A stretch of DNA of 64,000 nucleotides, from contig AP026162.1 in assembly GCA_030295235.1 (NCBI GenBank), positions 1,674,001-1,738,000 of the forward strand, written 5' to 3'. The position numbers were made by a program, and so were the translations under genes. The stretch's first letter is position 1; each line of letters starts with the position of its first letter. Below, piece by piece: positions 36,624-48,719 of the stretch. The notes beneath the pieces were generated by a model. The model was not told the DNA's origin. It ran no database searches and saw only the letters and a list, made by a program, of their open reading frames with translations. The stretch is from Fistulifera solaris. Its lineage: Eukaryota.

Positions 36624-38245
36624 TCACAAATTCGAGGGATCGGTTATCCCTCCTTTCACGCGCCACAACGAGTACTCCAGGTACGAAACTCTCCCATCCA
36701 GCATCGCTTGTTCATGTAGAAAAGGCAAATAAAGAGTTCGGTGCAGTGTACTTGTCCTGTCGGCGTCTAAAAAAGGAAAAGTTTGAATCAACTCGACGTT
36801 GAGCGAAGAAACACACTCACTACCACCAAGATCGACAATCCAGTCACAATCACTTGGATCAACGTAGCGCTCCGTTTGTTCTAAGTTGCGATCATTGAAA
36901 GGCTGCAGCTGTTGTATATTTTCTGGTCGAGATCCTTTGAAAGGTTGCGGCAATTGACCTCTGAATGATGACGGCAAGAAACGCAACTCTCCGTTTAAGA
37001 AGAACGACCCGGGAAAGCGATACCATTCCCCACATGTGCAAATCACTTCCCGAGGTTGATCCGGGGCCAAAGCATAAAGTAGAAGGGGCGCCCCGTAGTA
37101 CTTGCTCAAAGCAACTGTGCGACTGACTGAAACCAGAGCGGAAGTCGTCCATACAATAGCGTGAAGACCCGTTCGCAGTCTCTTGATCAATGGTAGGCAT
37201 TTCTGAATATTATCCAAAACGATATCCACCGTAACGATGGCGCCAATGATGAGTAGGGGGTAAATGGGAAACAGAAATCGCTCTTCCTTGTGCGGTCGAG
37301 GAAAGGTGATAGCCAACCAAAGCACGAGCGGCGATAAAACGCCAAGCATCGTATATCGTCTGCACATGATACAGAGCGGTAAAGCCATCATCCCCAACGG
37401 AGCTACAATATTCAGATTTAGTAACAGATTCTTGACGTAATAAGAGACCGGCTCAACGCCATACAGCTCATCACCACCGCCAGCTGCATTGTATGTGAAG
37501 ATGTTGAGGGTCGGTGAAACCCATTTCCCATAATATGAATGATCGATCACCATGGTGGTCCCTTGCACGATAATTGTACAAAGGAAAGTCCATCCGATGG
37601 TTGCAACAAGCTTCCCAGCTCGCCAATCATTCCAAAGGATGCTAATTCCCGTGGGAAGCAACATGACTACACCAAATGGCCAGCCGACCATTAACGTCGC
37701 CGTGACCGCCACCAAAACAAAGGAGTAATGTCGGTTTTCCAAGAACAAAGCAGTTGCTAACATCCACGCCATCATCCAGGTCGAAGACGGCAAAAGGCTG
37801 CGGCCGAATGGTTGACACCGGTACTGAGTAGCAGGACGAACGCCACCCAATGAGTATTCGCAAGGTGGCCAGAAAGAGCCCATAGAATGTACAACTCACA
37901 AATAGCTGTACTTGCTCCTAGAAAACTTCGAAGAAGCAAAAATACAGCTAGTTTCTCATGGGGCACAACGTGATCGACTAAGAAAGGAGCCCATCGAAGG
38001 GCCACGGGTGTCACTATTTGTGCCACCAATTTGAGCGGGAGCAAGTATGCATACGTCCGAAGCGCATACTGATGCGCATATTCCCATGTTTGCATGCCAT
38101 ATCCGTAAAGAATGAAATGAAGCGGCTCCCAGTAGTTATAAACTTCATCGCAATCTGTGATGGGTAAGCGATTGGCCCAATAGATACGCCAGCCCACGTA
38201 TACTGGAGCTATCGCACAAAGCCAAGTTGTCTCCGTCCTACTCAT
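36624..38245 (-). CDS. ALG9: ALG9-like alpha-1,2-mannosyltransferase (GT22); frameshift ~37790
   Basis: ITDCDEVYNYWEPLH, MQTWEYA, YALRTYAY, ELYGVEP, PHKEERFLFPIYP, EWYRFPGSFFL, FRGQLP, FNDRNLE. Confidence 0.93.
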
Positions 38246-38478
38246 CTTTTCTCCGACCGTCTATAAGATAATCGAGATGCCATGAAGTCTAAAAGCTAGC
38301 AAAGGAGAGACAATGATGACATCGTCGCCCCCAACGTCGAATCATATTCGTACCTGGTAAAGTATCGCGTCGCGTTAACGATGATTTATTTGCTTGCTGC
38401 AAACATGCGGTTTAAAATCTATCAAGCATCGGCTGCCGATTGCCAGACGACACGGTACACGTTCTACGTGATATTGCG

Positions 38479-39224
38479 AACCAGAAATTCTGTGTACATT
38501 CCAGAAATTCTGGAATCGGCGATTCGCGTCAAACAGATGTCTTGTGAGCGATCCAGACATCCTGGTATCGGTGATTTGGTTCATACAGAAATTCTCCAAA
38601 GCTTCCAAAACTTCTGGAATCGGTGTTTGTAATCATCAAACAAATTTGTGGACATTTCAGAAATTCTGGAATTTCGCTGTGCACATTTCTGGTATCGGTG
38701 ATTTGGTTCATATAGAAATTCTCCAAAGCTTCCAGAACTTCTAGAATCGGTGTTTGTAATCATCAAGCAAATTTGTGGACATTCCAGAAATTCTGGAATT
38801 TCGGTGTGCTGAGATTCAGGATTCAGACAGAATTTCTGTGTACATTCCAGAAATTCTGTAATCGGCGATTCGCGTCAAACAGAACTTTTGTGAGCGATCC
38901 AGACATTTCTGGTATCGGTGATTTGGTTCATATAGAAATTCTCCAAAGCTTCCAGAATTTCTGGAATCGGTGTTTGTGGTCATCAAGCAAATTTGTGGAC
39001 ATTCCAGAAATTCTGGAATTTCGGTGTCTTTATTCAAACAGAAATTCTGTGTAAAGTCCAGAAATTCTGGAATTGGTTCAAACAGAGATATTTGGTGCAT
39101 GTTCCAGAAATTCTTGAAATAGCGTTTGCGTCACACAGAGTTTCTGTGCCTATTCCAGAATTTTTGGAATCAGCTGCGTTTGGCGTCACACAGAGATTCT
39201 GTGCCATTTTCAGAAATTCTTGAA
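38479..39224. repeat. Degenerate satellite built on the quasi-palindrome TTCCAGAAATTCTGGAA, with higher-order duplications
   Basis: Core at ~38499, 38603, 38655, 38730, 38782, 38845, 38950, 39002, 39057, 39102, 39152 and 39208. A ~128-bp block starting TGGTATCGGTGATTTGGTTCATA recurs at ~38564, 38690 and 38910. Confidence 0.9.
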
Positions 39225-39452
39225 TGAATACTCCGTAGAAGGTTTTGCGTCACGCAGAGACTTCGTGACTAAGGACGGATGAAAGTCTTACCGGGACACG
39301 GTCGTTGTACGCAAAGTCACGTAGAACATGTACGGGGACTTTTCCATCTGCCGCAAAATAGACTGCGTTGCAATGCAAAAACAAAGCGGATACCATTTGC
39401 ACCTCCTTTTTCGATCGAAATTGACGATAAAGACCCAGTGTACACAAAAGGA

Positions 39453-40805
39453 ATGGCAACGCAACGCAAAAGTCTTCCCGGTTTTTTGCGTCGCAGTTTG
39501 CGTCGGAATTACGAAGAAGACGACGAGCAAGATGTCGATGATTTGCAAGACAGCACGTCACACCGGAGCCAGGACGACGAGCCTATCGAAATCGCACCAA
39601 TATGCAATAGTAATGGAAAAGAATTAAACGGAGCCACTTTGATGCAAAATGAGGAACAAAAGGATTTAGCAAGAGACACCTCGGAAAGATCTATTTCATC
39701 TCACGGCGGTGCCCCAGTTGCGGATGAATTATCGCCGCACCGAACGAACTCTATACGCAAATCATCCAGCCCTGCTTCAGAAGAACCTTCTCATCAACCG
39801 AAAACATACAAAGAAATGCAATACGAGCGGACGTTAGACGCACCAGTCGTCAATCTAACGGATCTTCGCAAGTTGACGTGGAACGGCATACCGTTTCAAC
39901 ATCGCGCTACTTCCTGGAAACTGCTGTTGGGATATTTGCCCACCAATGCCGCTCGACGCGAACAGACGCTGCGAAGGAGACGGAACGAATACCGGGATGC
40001 GATAGCGCAGCACTACGATATTGACGATGATTCTAGAACCTTGCAAGAGCAAGAAACACTGCGTCAGGTATTGGTCGATGTTCCGCGCACAGCACCATCT
40101 GTGCCTTTATTTCGCAATGAACGCATCAAACGTATTCTGAATCGACTCTTGTACGTATGGGCTATGCGTCATCCTGCAAGTAGCTATGTTCAAGGCATCA
40201 ATGACCTTGCTACACCGCTTTTAGCGGTTTTCTTGGCAGATTATTTTGACGAGACTGTTGACGTTCTGGACGGAGAAGTCATGAATCAACTTTCGGATGA
40301 GCAGCTGGATGAACTAGAAGCTGATATCTACTGGTGTTTGACCAATCTTCTTTCCAGTATACAAGACCATTACACTTCCGACCAACCTGGCGTTCAAAGG
40401 ATGGTTGCCCGTTTGGAGGAACTGGTGAATCGTATCGACGCTGACCTTTGTCGACACCTTCGAGACACGGGCATTGAATTTCTTCAGTTTTCTTTTAAAT
40501 GGATGAATTGTCTCTTACTAAGAGAGTTTCCGTTAAAATGTGTTTTCCGACTCTGGGATACTTACCTCAGTGAGAAAGCTGGTTTTGAAGATTTTCATGT
40601 CTATGTTTGTGCGGCATTTCTTTGTCAGTTTAGCGGTCAGCTACAACAAATGTCATTTGACGAACTGTTTGGATTCATGCAGGATATCCCGACAACTGAC
40701 TGGACCGACACGGAAATTGAAATTCTTTTGAGTCAAGCGTTTGTATTGACATCTTTATTCGGAGGAAGTGACGCTCATTTGACTAGCGGACAACCAGCTA
40801 GGTAA
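39453..40805 (+). CDS. TBC1D22: TBC-domain Rab GAP, TBC1D22/Gyp1 type
   Basis: LRKLTWNGIP, WKLLLGYLP, QVLVDVPRT (Arg finger), YVQGINDL (Gln finger), QFSFKWMNCLLLRE, RLWDTYLSE. Confidence 0.92.
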   Translation: MATQRKSLPGFLRRSLRRNYEEDDEQDVDDLQDSTSHRSQDDEPIEIAPICNSNGKELNGATLMQNEEQKDLARDTSERSISSHGGAPVADELSPHRTNSIRKSSSPASEEPSHQPKTYKEMQYERTLDAPVVNLTDLRKLTWNGIPFQHRATSWKLLLGYLPTNAARREQTLRRRRNEYRDAIAQHYDIDDDSRTLQEQETLRQVLVDVPRTAPSVPLFRNERIKRILNRLLYVWAMRHPASSYVQGINDLATPLLAVFLADYFDETVDVLDGEVMNQLSDEQLDELEADIYWCLTNLLSSIQDHYTSDQPGVQRMVARLEELVNRIDADLCRHLRDTGIEFLQFSFKWMNCLLLREFPLKCVFRLWDTYLSEKAGFEDFHVYVCAAFLCQFSGQLQQMSFDELFGFMQDIPTTDWTDTEIEILLSQAFVLTSLFGGSDAHLTSGQPAR

Positions 40806-40905
40806 TTTCTTTAACAATGACGGAAAAGTATAAGTCTCTGGTTTAGTGTAACATTACAATACTTGAAATTGCGCGGAAGTAACGGTTTTAAGTGAAGGCT
40901 ATGCA

Positions 40906-42436
40906 CTATATTATCGTTGTATCGTTCCTAGTCGCTTTGTCCTCTTCACCGGCATCATCCGAACCGCCAAATGTTATTTGCGAAATACCCATCAACGACA
41001 CTGTTTGTCGTCGATAAGCCTGTACCCTGGGATGATGCAAATCTTGTGACGATTCGGAAACATCCCCTTGACTTACCGCTAGAAGGCTGGTGCCCTCATG
41101 CGCCTCTACTCCGCTTCCGTCATTGGTGCTTTGCTGTTCATGTTTTAAACGCAAAAGAACAAATCCAACGAGTAAAACCACCGATAGAAAGCCCGCGAAC
41201 GATGCCAGCGGAGTAAATGCACGCTTATCACTACTTTGAGCGACTTCTTCCGGTGTTCGCAACGCGAACGCAGCCAGTAAACCTGGCGCGACGAAGCCTG
41301 CTACACTAGCCGACATGGACATGGTCGCTTGCATAGTGCCTTGCTGATTTTTGAGGGTAGGATACTTCGCAACACTCTTTGTAAAAATGGACCGCGTCGG
41401 CGCACCGAGAAAAGGAAACGAGCCGGCTGCGACGAAAAAGGTGTCACAAACGCGAGTGGCGTGACTCCTTCCTTCCAAAGGAGATAAAGCGCTCCGTAAC
41501 CAACCGACGACACGAACCAGCCGATCTCGAGCAGATAGAAATCGGAAACCCCGCCGAACTCAATTTAAAAGTCAACGCAATGACAGCCAACATGAGAAAG
41601 GCGTTCACACCGAACACGGTCGAGATCTGTACAGGGTCCCAGTCTAAAATGTCCTTCGCAGCGGGCGCCAAACCCGTTTCGACCAATTGAAAGTTTGCAT
41701 TCAAGACGAAAATACCCATAATCGGAAGTGTGATATCGGGAGCCAACACCTCTTTCCAAAATTGTGATGATTGATGATTCAAATGTGCCGGGTTTTCCTC
41801 AGGTTTGGTCTCAATCGGAGGTTCCTCGAGCATAAAGTAAATGACGAGAAACGACAGAAAGTTGGAAGCCAAAAGAAAAAGACCCACCGAGTTCAAAGGA
41901 TCCACATGAAAAGACCCAATCTTCGTATCGATTCCTGATAAGAAGATATTCAATGCTGGCGCTATTCCCATTCCCATAATTCGCACCATGCTGAGGAGGG
42001 CATTCAACTTTGTGATGTGCTGCTGAGGTATCATTTGCGCGACGTATGTGAAACCCAAAGTGGCATTCGCGGCCCCCATACCTCCAAACAGGCGCCCCAG
42101 GAATAAAATGGCGACCGCCAAGTAGCCTCGGTAAATGCTCGCTCCAAAATACAGTAAGCCACCGATCATGGCCGCACCTAATGAAGTGAGGTACGGTGCT
42201 CGAAAAGTCGATGACTGATCCACCCAATACCCGAGCACTGGCTTGAATAGAAAGGACGCAAAACTGAAAGCCGAAAGAACGGCACCGTATTGTTCCAATG
42301 TGCCTCCCACAGACCGGACGTAAAAGACCACCGAGGGAGCGACGACCATGAAGGAAATGGCGTCCACAAAGCCGACAAAGGCTTGGGGCAGGAGAAGTAG
42401 GTAATACTGTCGCATCGATGACTCTTTGGACACCAT
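40906..42436 (-). CDS. Major facilitator superfamily transporter (MFSD8-like); frameshifts ~41450-41545
   Basis: Multiple TM helices; LGYWVDQ loop; FLGRLFGGMGA; QQGTMQA. Confidence 0.82.
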
Positions 42437-42840
42437 CTTTGCCAACAAGCTGCGATGTATGAACGCACGAAAGTCGTTTTTGTGCTTATTTAATTGTTAA
42501 TCTTCCGATTGACGACCTAAATGCCTTTCGCGACGACGACAGAAGGTAATTTGTGGTTTGCACGGAGAAATTTGAGATGTTCTTCGAACGTGCGTCGCAC
42601 CTCTTTCTGAGTCGTACTATGGACGTCTATAGTAAAGAAGCGTTTTCAGGTGAAGAGGCTGCAAAATGACGGACGACGCTAATAATTGTCCGTTATCTCG
42701 GTCCCTAAGAATACCGAATGATAGGAAGATCTGCTGGCTTCGTTGCGCATCCGCAGCAGCACCATGATCGACCTCCAAAACGGAGACTTTTGCAAAGCAA
42801 TAAAGCGTATACTCGCAATTTACACTTTATAAAATCAACA

Positions 42841-43236
42841 ATGGACTCCAATCCGTCTATTCCTGTACTAGAGAAACCCATCTCGATGATGGAAGTGGGT
42901 CCGAACGGCAACAACTTGGCCTCACAAGCCATGGCTCGTCATCCGGTCGAAGACTTGCAAAAGAATATTGGAATTGCCAAATTCAATGATTTATCCTTTG
43001 TTCGAAATGTCTACGGTTCCGGATTAGCCATGCGTTTGGCGACGGAGCAGAAATTTGCCGCACAAGAACGGAGTCGCAACCCCTTTCGTTCGCAGGGACT
43101 GTTGTATGGAGAAATTGTTACGGGGCACGATACCAAGTTTGATATGGCAGATTTCCTTCCTCGAGCGGAATACCGAGCCGATTTGAAGCAAGATATGAAT
43201 TTGCATGTTGCTATGGAGCGTCAGTTGGGATTGTAG
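42841..43236 (+). CDS. UMP1: Proteasome maturation factor UMP1/POMP
   Basis: HPVE, RNVYGSGLAMRLATE, EIVTGHDTKF, HVAMERQLGL. Confidence 0.85.
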   Translation: MDSNPSIPVLEKPISMMEVGPNGNNLASQAMARHPVEDLQKNIGIAKFNDLSFVRNVYGSGLAMRLATEQKFAAQERSRNPFRSQGLLYGEIVTGHDTKFDMADFLPRAEYRADLKQDMNLHVAMERQLGL

Positions 43237-43504
43237 TCTCGCTGTAGCGTTTCATCGAAATAGAATACGGCTTGCCAATTCAGGAACTCTTCGTTATCGT
43301 TTGCGCTTCCATTTTTACGAACATTACGCGCCTCCCTCTTGTTTGATTCTTTACAAGTAATGATTCATTAGTATTGTGGTTTATCCGCAAGTTTACCGCG
43401 TCGCTCGTTGATGTTCTGTTACGAAAAGATGATGTGTGCTTTCAACCTTTTGCTACATTAAATTTATCGTGCAATTGTAGTAGACTTAGCTAGACACTAC
43501 AAAG

Positions 43505-45091
43505 TCACCTTGATTTTCTTTCTTGATCTGGTACAACAGAAGCCGTCTTTAACGATGAGAGAGCTTCCGCAGCGGCTTCGATGGTTTCGTCCGTCTTGCA
43601 AAACGCGATTCGTACAAATTCATCCGATTTACCGGCTTCCGAGCTCTCTAATGAAAAGAAGGGACTTGCTGGAATGCACAACAGTCCTCTTTCTTCCGCT
43701 AACCACTGACAGAGCGCCCAGTCTTGCCTCGCGACTCCACCCGGCGCGGCATCGTTCTTCACTAAAATGCGGGACGCGGGAATTTGATCACGAATTTCTT
43801 TTCCGATCCGAGCAAAGATAAAGAAACCACCACCAGGCGTTCGATCATAGTCCGGGACCGCAAAACCGGCAGCCTTCAATGCCGTGGCCAGTTGATCGCG
43901 TTTCTTGGTATACTTGGCGCGAAGATAGTCGTAGTATGATTCATGACCCAAATACGGTTCATCGGCGCGAGGAAGTGCGCGCGCCAGCCCTTCCTGCACC
44001 ACAGTGGATGCACAGAATTGCACGTAAGGTAACAACTGATGAATGGGCGCCATGAGCCGTTGCGGTCCGATGCACCAGCCAATCTGCCACCCCGTCGCCG
44101 AGAACGTCTTTCCCGCCGACGATATTGTGATCGTTCGATCCCACATTCCCGGTAACGAAGCGAAGTGAACATGACCTCGACAAAACAGTGACTCTTCAGC
44201 AGCGCGCTCTTTCGGCGGTGAGTGAACAATATACTTGTACACTTCGTCGGAAAGAACCACACAATCGGGATTGGCCAGTTCGAGAGCTTCGGCGATGTAT
44301 TCCATCTCGTCGCGGGTGAAGATCTTTCCTGTGGGGTTGTGGGGCGAATTCAAGATGATGGCCCTCGTTTTGGTGCTTATGAACTGCTTCAAAGTCTCGG
44401 GATCGAGCACCCACTCGCCACCCGAGATCGCATTTTCATCTTCATTGTATGGTACAAATCGCAGTGGAACAAAGACTGGGTTACCACCCGCCAATTTAAT
44501 CTGATTCACATATAAATCAAAGAACGGCTCAAACACAATAACATCGTCTCCCGGTTTGACCAATGTTTGAAGGCAGAGATACAGAGCTTGGCTAGCACCC
44601 ACCGTGACGGAAATTTCTGTCATCGGATCAATGTCTCGACCCAGATGAGCTCGATAACGTCGCGCCAACTGCTGGACCAGATTCGGATGACCGGCCGTTC
44701 GTGTATACTGATGCGGATACGACGCCGAGTCCAACGCGGCCTCTACCAAACTGTCGACCGCAAACTTCGGTGGCAGCCAGTCCGGAAAGCCTTGGCCTAA
44801 ATTTACTACTTCATTTTGTTGCGACAGCCGAGAGAATTCGGTCCACACCGTTGGCTTTGCCGCTGTTCCTAATCTGAGAATTGCTTCTCCGTGTCCTCCG
44901 CTGAGTAAATTTCCGGAACTATCGAACGAGTTTTGTGGAGTTTGCGAGCCTTGATCGGACACGCGTTCGCGGAGAGCAGTTGAAGTTCTTTCTATTCGGA
45001 CATGACTACTTAAGGGAAAGCCCCAAGTCGATACAGAAAACATCGTTGCGACCGATAGCGCAGCTGATAAGATGTGGGAATTGAACTTCAT
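43505..45091 (-). CDS. PLP-dependent class I/II aminotransferase (kynurenine/glutamine transaminase type), putative plastid presequence
   Basis: VNLGQGFPD, HQYTR, LNSPHNPTGK, SDEVY, SAGKTFSATGW (PLP Lys), VRIAFCK. Signal peptide ending WG-F. Confidence 0.92.
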   Translation of the reverse strand: MKFNSHILSAALSVATMFSVSTWGFPLSSHVRIERTSTALRERVSDQGSQTPQNSFDSSGNLLSGGHGEAILRLGTAAKPTVWTEFSRLSQQNEVVNLGQGFPDWLPPKFAVDSLVEAALDSASYPHQYTRTAGHPNLVQQLARRYRAHLGRDIDPMTEISVTVGASQALYLCLQTLVKPGDDVIVFEPFFDLYVNQIKLAGGNPVFVPLRFVPYNEDENAISGGEWVLDPETLKQFISTKTRAIILNSPHNPTGKIFTRDEMEYIAEALELANPDCVVLSDEVYKYIVHSPPKERAAEESLFCRGHVHFASLPGMWDRTITISSAGKTFSATGWQIGWCIGPQRLMAPIHQLLPYVQFCASTVVQEGLARALPRADEPYLGHESYYDYLRAKYTKKRDQLATALKAAGFAVPDYDRTPGGGFFIFARIGKEIRDQIPASRILVKNDAAPGGVARQDWALCQWLAEERGLLCIPASPFFSLESSEAGKSDEFVRIAFCKTDETIEAAAEALSSLKTASVVPDQERKSR

Positions 45092-45361
45092 TTTGATAGT
45101 CAAATGGGGATGTGGGGATTGTTGTCTCGTGTGTGTTGTAGGTAAAAGAGAACAAAGAACCGGTGTTGCTTTCTTGTTATCAAATTTATATGCGATCCTG
45201 CACGGTTTTGAGCATATCGAAGCACCTTCCTTATGCAGATAATTGTTTGAGAAGCTTCTTGTTCGCAAGAGAGGAAAGGAAGGTTGTCAGAAAGGATAAC
45301 AACTGATGACGATGAAAGAAGAAAGCAAAAATAAATGTTGTGTTTTTCTCGCGACTGAGTC

Positions 45362-45444
45362 GGGAAAGGACGTTAAAATTCTGCCTCTCAGTACAAATTT
45401 CTACGTAGAGCCTACGGCGAGGCAGAATTTTAACGTCGTTTCCG
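45362..45444. repeat. Hairpin with perfect 19-bp inverted repeat
   Basis: GACGTTAAAATTCTGCCTC (45369-45387) and GAGGCAGAATTTTAACGTC (45419-45437). Confidence 0.9.
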
Positions 45445-45576
45445 GACGAGAGTGAACACGTGGTCGATCGAATTTCAGTCCCGACATTGAATCCCGTTCT
45501 GTATTACGATAAGTTTCATTTCGAGAAAATTTTTTACTTCAATTTATTGAAAATATAACCAGTTATTCCATTGAGT

Positions 45577-46989
45577 TTACTCCACAATGGGAAAAGATGC
45601 CAGCTTGAGAATAGAACAAATTCCATACTGGTTTGTCGTCTTTCTTCCAATCTTGACGAATCCTTCCGATCCCCAAGAAGGCCCCCAAGAGTTCTTGACG
45701 AGGAAATAAGGTTCCTGTGTCAATCAAGTAGCAGTATTATGAGTCAACTTTGAGTTTATGACGCAGCATCAATCGGCTTACAACACGTACCTGAGTTTCA
45801 ACATCTGTACCGTAGCCGACGGCAAGGACGCCGTGATCGATTGCACCGCTGCTTCCGCAACTACTGTCCGTGATCACTCCTTCCTTGTAAAACTGGAAAA
45901 CAAACTGACTCGCCTGGATCGCAATTGACACTGGCTGCAAGCTCACTTCAGCAAAATGAGTGAATACAGTAATCGTCGAGCAGAGTCGTTCAATTGCAGA
46001 TACTTACAGGCCGACACCAAAGCCATCTCACTGCCCTGCGGCACATCAATAAAAGTTTTAACTATAGTTCCTGGTACATCCGTGCAGTTGGTGAAGCAAG
46101 TCGAATGCTGCTCGGCAGCATACGGATAATCCTCTTCCGAACAGAGACCACCGCTCTTCTCATCAAACTTGAACGCATTGTCCATCAATCCTCCGCTGCA
46201 ACCAAGATCACAATGATCACAATCCAACAGATTCTGCTCCGAAAGTGCCACCAACTCACCCGTTTGGACAAACTTGGCTCCTTCTAAAGCACCCGTCGTC
46301 GAGAACGCCCAACAAGAACCACAAGCTCCTTGATTCTTGACGGGTGTTACGGCACCGAGTTCCACCCAATTGACATAATCCGGCAATTGCAAAGGATCCA
46401 TCTCCAACAAGGCACGACGCTGCTCGGCGACAAACGCATCTTCCTCCTTGATTTGAGAAAAACTGGGGCGGATTTGAGCATGCGGGCCGAGTTTGAAATA
46501 CTCCTGAAATTCGTTCAACGTCATGTCCGAGTATTCGTTATGCCCCAAAGTAAAGGTTGGGGCGGGCTTCTGGTTGTTGTGCTCTTCGATGCGTTCTGTT
46601 TTTGCAAAGAACATTTGAGAAGGTGACAATGATGCATGAAAGCAATTCAAAAAATATGACACGGATACGACTAGTTCATAATATAAAATTCGATGCTGCG
46701 GACGAACAAGATCGTTTCAATCGTACGACAGAAAACGCAACGATTTGGCCGAAAACACAAGCCTACGTCTCTCTGCTGCTGAAAATTCTTATACTCATTG
46801 TCATCACTTACGATCGTTCTCAAGCCAGATACGCAAACGCGCCATCTTTTGCAGATCTGACGCGTATTGTTTCGCGTGCGCTTCAACCCATTTTTCGAAT
46901 TTGTAAAGACCCTCCAACGAAACCGGTTTCACTTCGGATGCCTTGCAAACGGCGGAAATGAGCAACAAAATAGCCGACGTGTATCTCAT
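45577..46989 (-). CDS. Papain-family (C1A) cathepsin L-like cysteine protease with signal peptide and I29 prodomain; several introns
   Basis: [21 protein letters not shown] (catalytic Cys), [10 protein letters not shown] (His), YFLVKNSWG (Asn); ends ASFPIVE*. Confidence 0.93.
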
Positions 46990-47539
46990 GTTTGTTCTTT
47001 GTTTAGTTATAGAACACGATGGCTACTATTATCGGTTGAAAGATAAAGCCGCAGCGGAAGGAATTGTGTGTCAAGAAAGAATTTCAAGGTGCGTTCGCTG
47101 CGAAAAGATGACTTTGGTACTGGTACTGTACAAGTGCGCAACATCACGCGGAGAATGCGGCATTTCATCCGACTATATCCCCAAAGTGTACTGTTAACAT
47201 TGCCATGACTGGATTCCAGTCGTGAACAGATATTTTCCGAGCCACATTGCTTCTTAACCTTCATCCATTATGTAAGTTTGTCGAGACTGTTTTATTTTTA
47301 TTATACTCCAATGAATCGAGGCAGTATTTTCATTGGAAGTTACGATTCGTAATGTCAACAAAATTTGTGCCTAGTTGTCTACCGAATTTACTCTAGATTA
47401 CTTTGTAGAGTGTAATCGACTTTTCTACGCGACTGCTTTTCAGTCATGAGTCGTCATGTTCTTTTTCAAGCCAGCCTGCTACCCAACCTTCCTCATAGTT
47501 CTGAAAACAACCAAGTACTAAGTTTGAGATTCCATTCAT

Positions 47540-48440
47540 CTCGTGACTTGTGAGTTGTGAGCGGCGTAGCCATTTTAGGGAGATCATAGATCATCAATCA
47601 TCAATCATCAATCCAGGTGTGGACTCGTACGTTAAATAAAACTTACTCCGTATCATCGTTTTTCGTATTCACTATACCCGCAGTCTGTGTACTAATCGCG
47701 GCCGATGACACGACTGGATAATGTTGTCCGAAAAGTTCCACTTTTCGCTTTGACATGGGGGGGACTGTATACCACAAAACACAAGATACCATTACTGTAC
47801 AAGATACAAGTCTATGATCTCTAATCTCTAATCCATACCTGGTACTTCATGTAGGGCTATAAGCTATATAAGCTATAAGGTATGAGGTATACTACGTAGG
47901 TATGGGGTATCCGGTATCCGTGATCGGTGATCGGTGTCAAGTGTCAAGCTTCTTTTCAAAGAAGTAATGTACCTGGTACCGTTACCATGAAGCAAGAAGT
48001 GTACAAAAGACAAAAGCACAAAGCGCCAATATTGTGCTACTCTTTTCTATCGAGACTACCTAGGCGGTAGACTACCGGAAACCGGAACCGGTAGAAGTAG
48101 GAAGTACCTGGTGTGCTGGTGTGTGTGTGGTGTGGCTTAAAAAAAGCATTCGCAATTCTGCGTTTGTAAAACACCTTTCAAGTTTGATAGTGCTTGAGAG
48201 TAGTTTTTTCTATTTGGAATGAGAATACCATGTAGAGGGTAAAGTAGATTTTCGATTTTCGGTTTTCGGATGCGCTGTTTACTCTCCACTATAAACTATC
48301 GTATATGTATTTATTTGGTGTGGGTCTGGGTGTGGATCGTGGATCGTGGGTCGTGGGTTTGCAAAAACAGTGTAAACTGTAAACAGGTAAACACTTATCT
48401 CTTCTTTGATCTATGATACATGATACATGATACATGATAC
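47540..48440. repeat. Intergenic region dense in unrelated 7-bp tandem micro-duplications
   Basis: Examples: ATCATCA x3, GGTATCC x2, GTGATCG x2, GTGTCAA x2, TTTTCGR x3, GGATCGT x2, TGTAAAC x2, ATGATAC x4. Confidence 0.85.
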
Positions 48441-48719
48441 GCGTCTCGAACCTCAAGAGTCAAGGGAGACACGGGAACGCACCTCTGCTTGGTACATTTT
48501 TCTACGGGGGGCCTACGTAAAGGTACTCTTTTCCCGAACCTTCAAGAGGTCGATTGTCGATAATCTCTTCATGCGAGTGTATCGAAGTGTTGCCTTGAAG
48601 GAAGAAACACAAAAACTGAACCCTTTTGCTGTCAACTGTATCAATTCAACACCATCAAGAAACAAGTGTTCATTTCTTCTCTAGTGGCAAAGCACGACGA
48701 TAGAATAGATCATTTCAGA

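Noticed and set aside
38375..39223. FQKFWN-repeat ORFs
   Set aside because: Translation artefacts of the palindromic satellite.
38479..39224. CRISPR-like appearance (palindromic repeat with spacers)
   Set aside because: Spacers are irregular in length and reused, repeats are degenerate, there are no cas genes, and the context is eukaryotic with introns.
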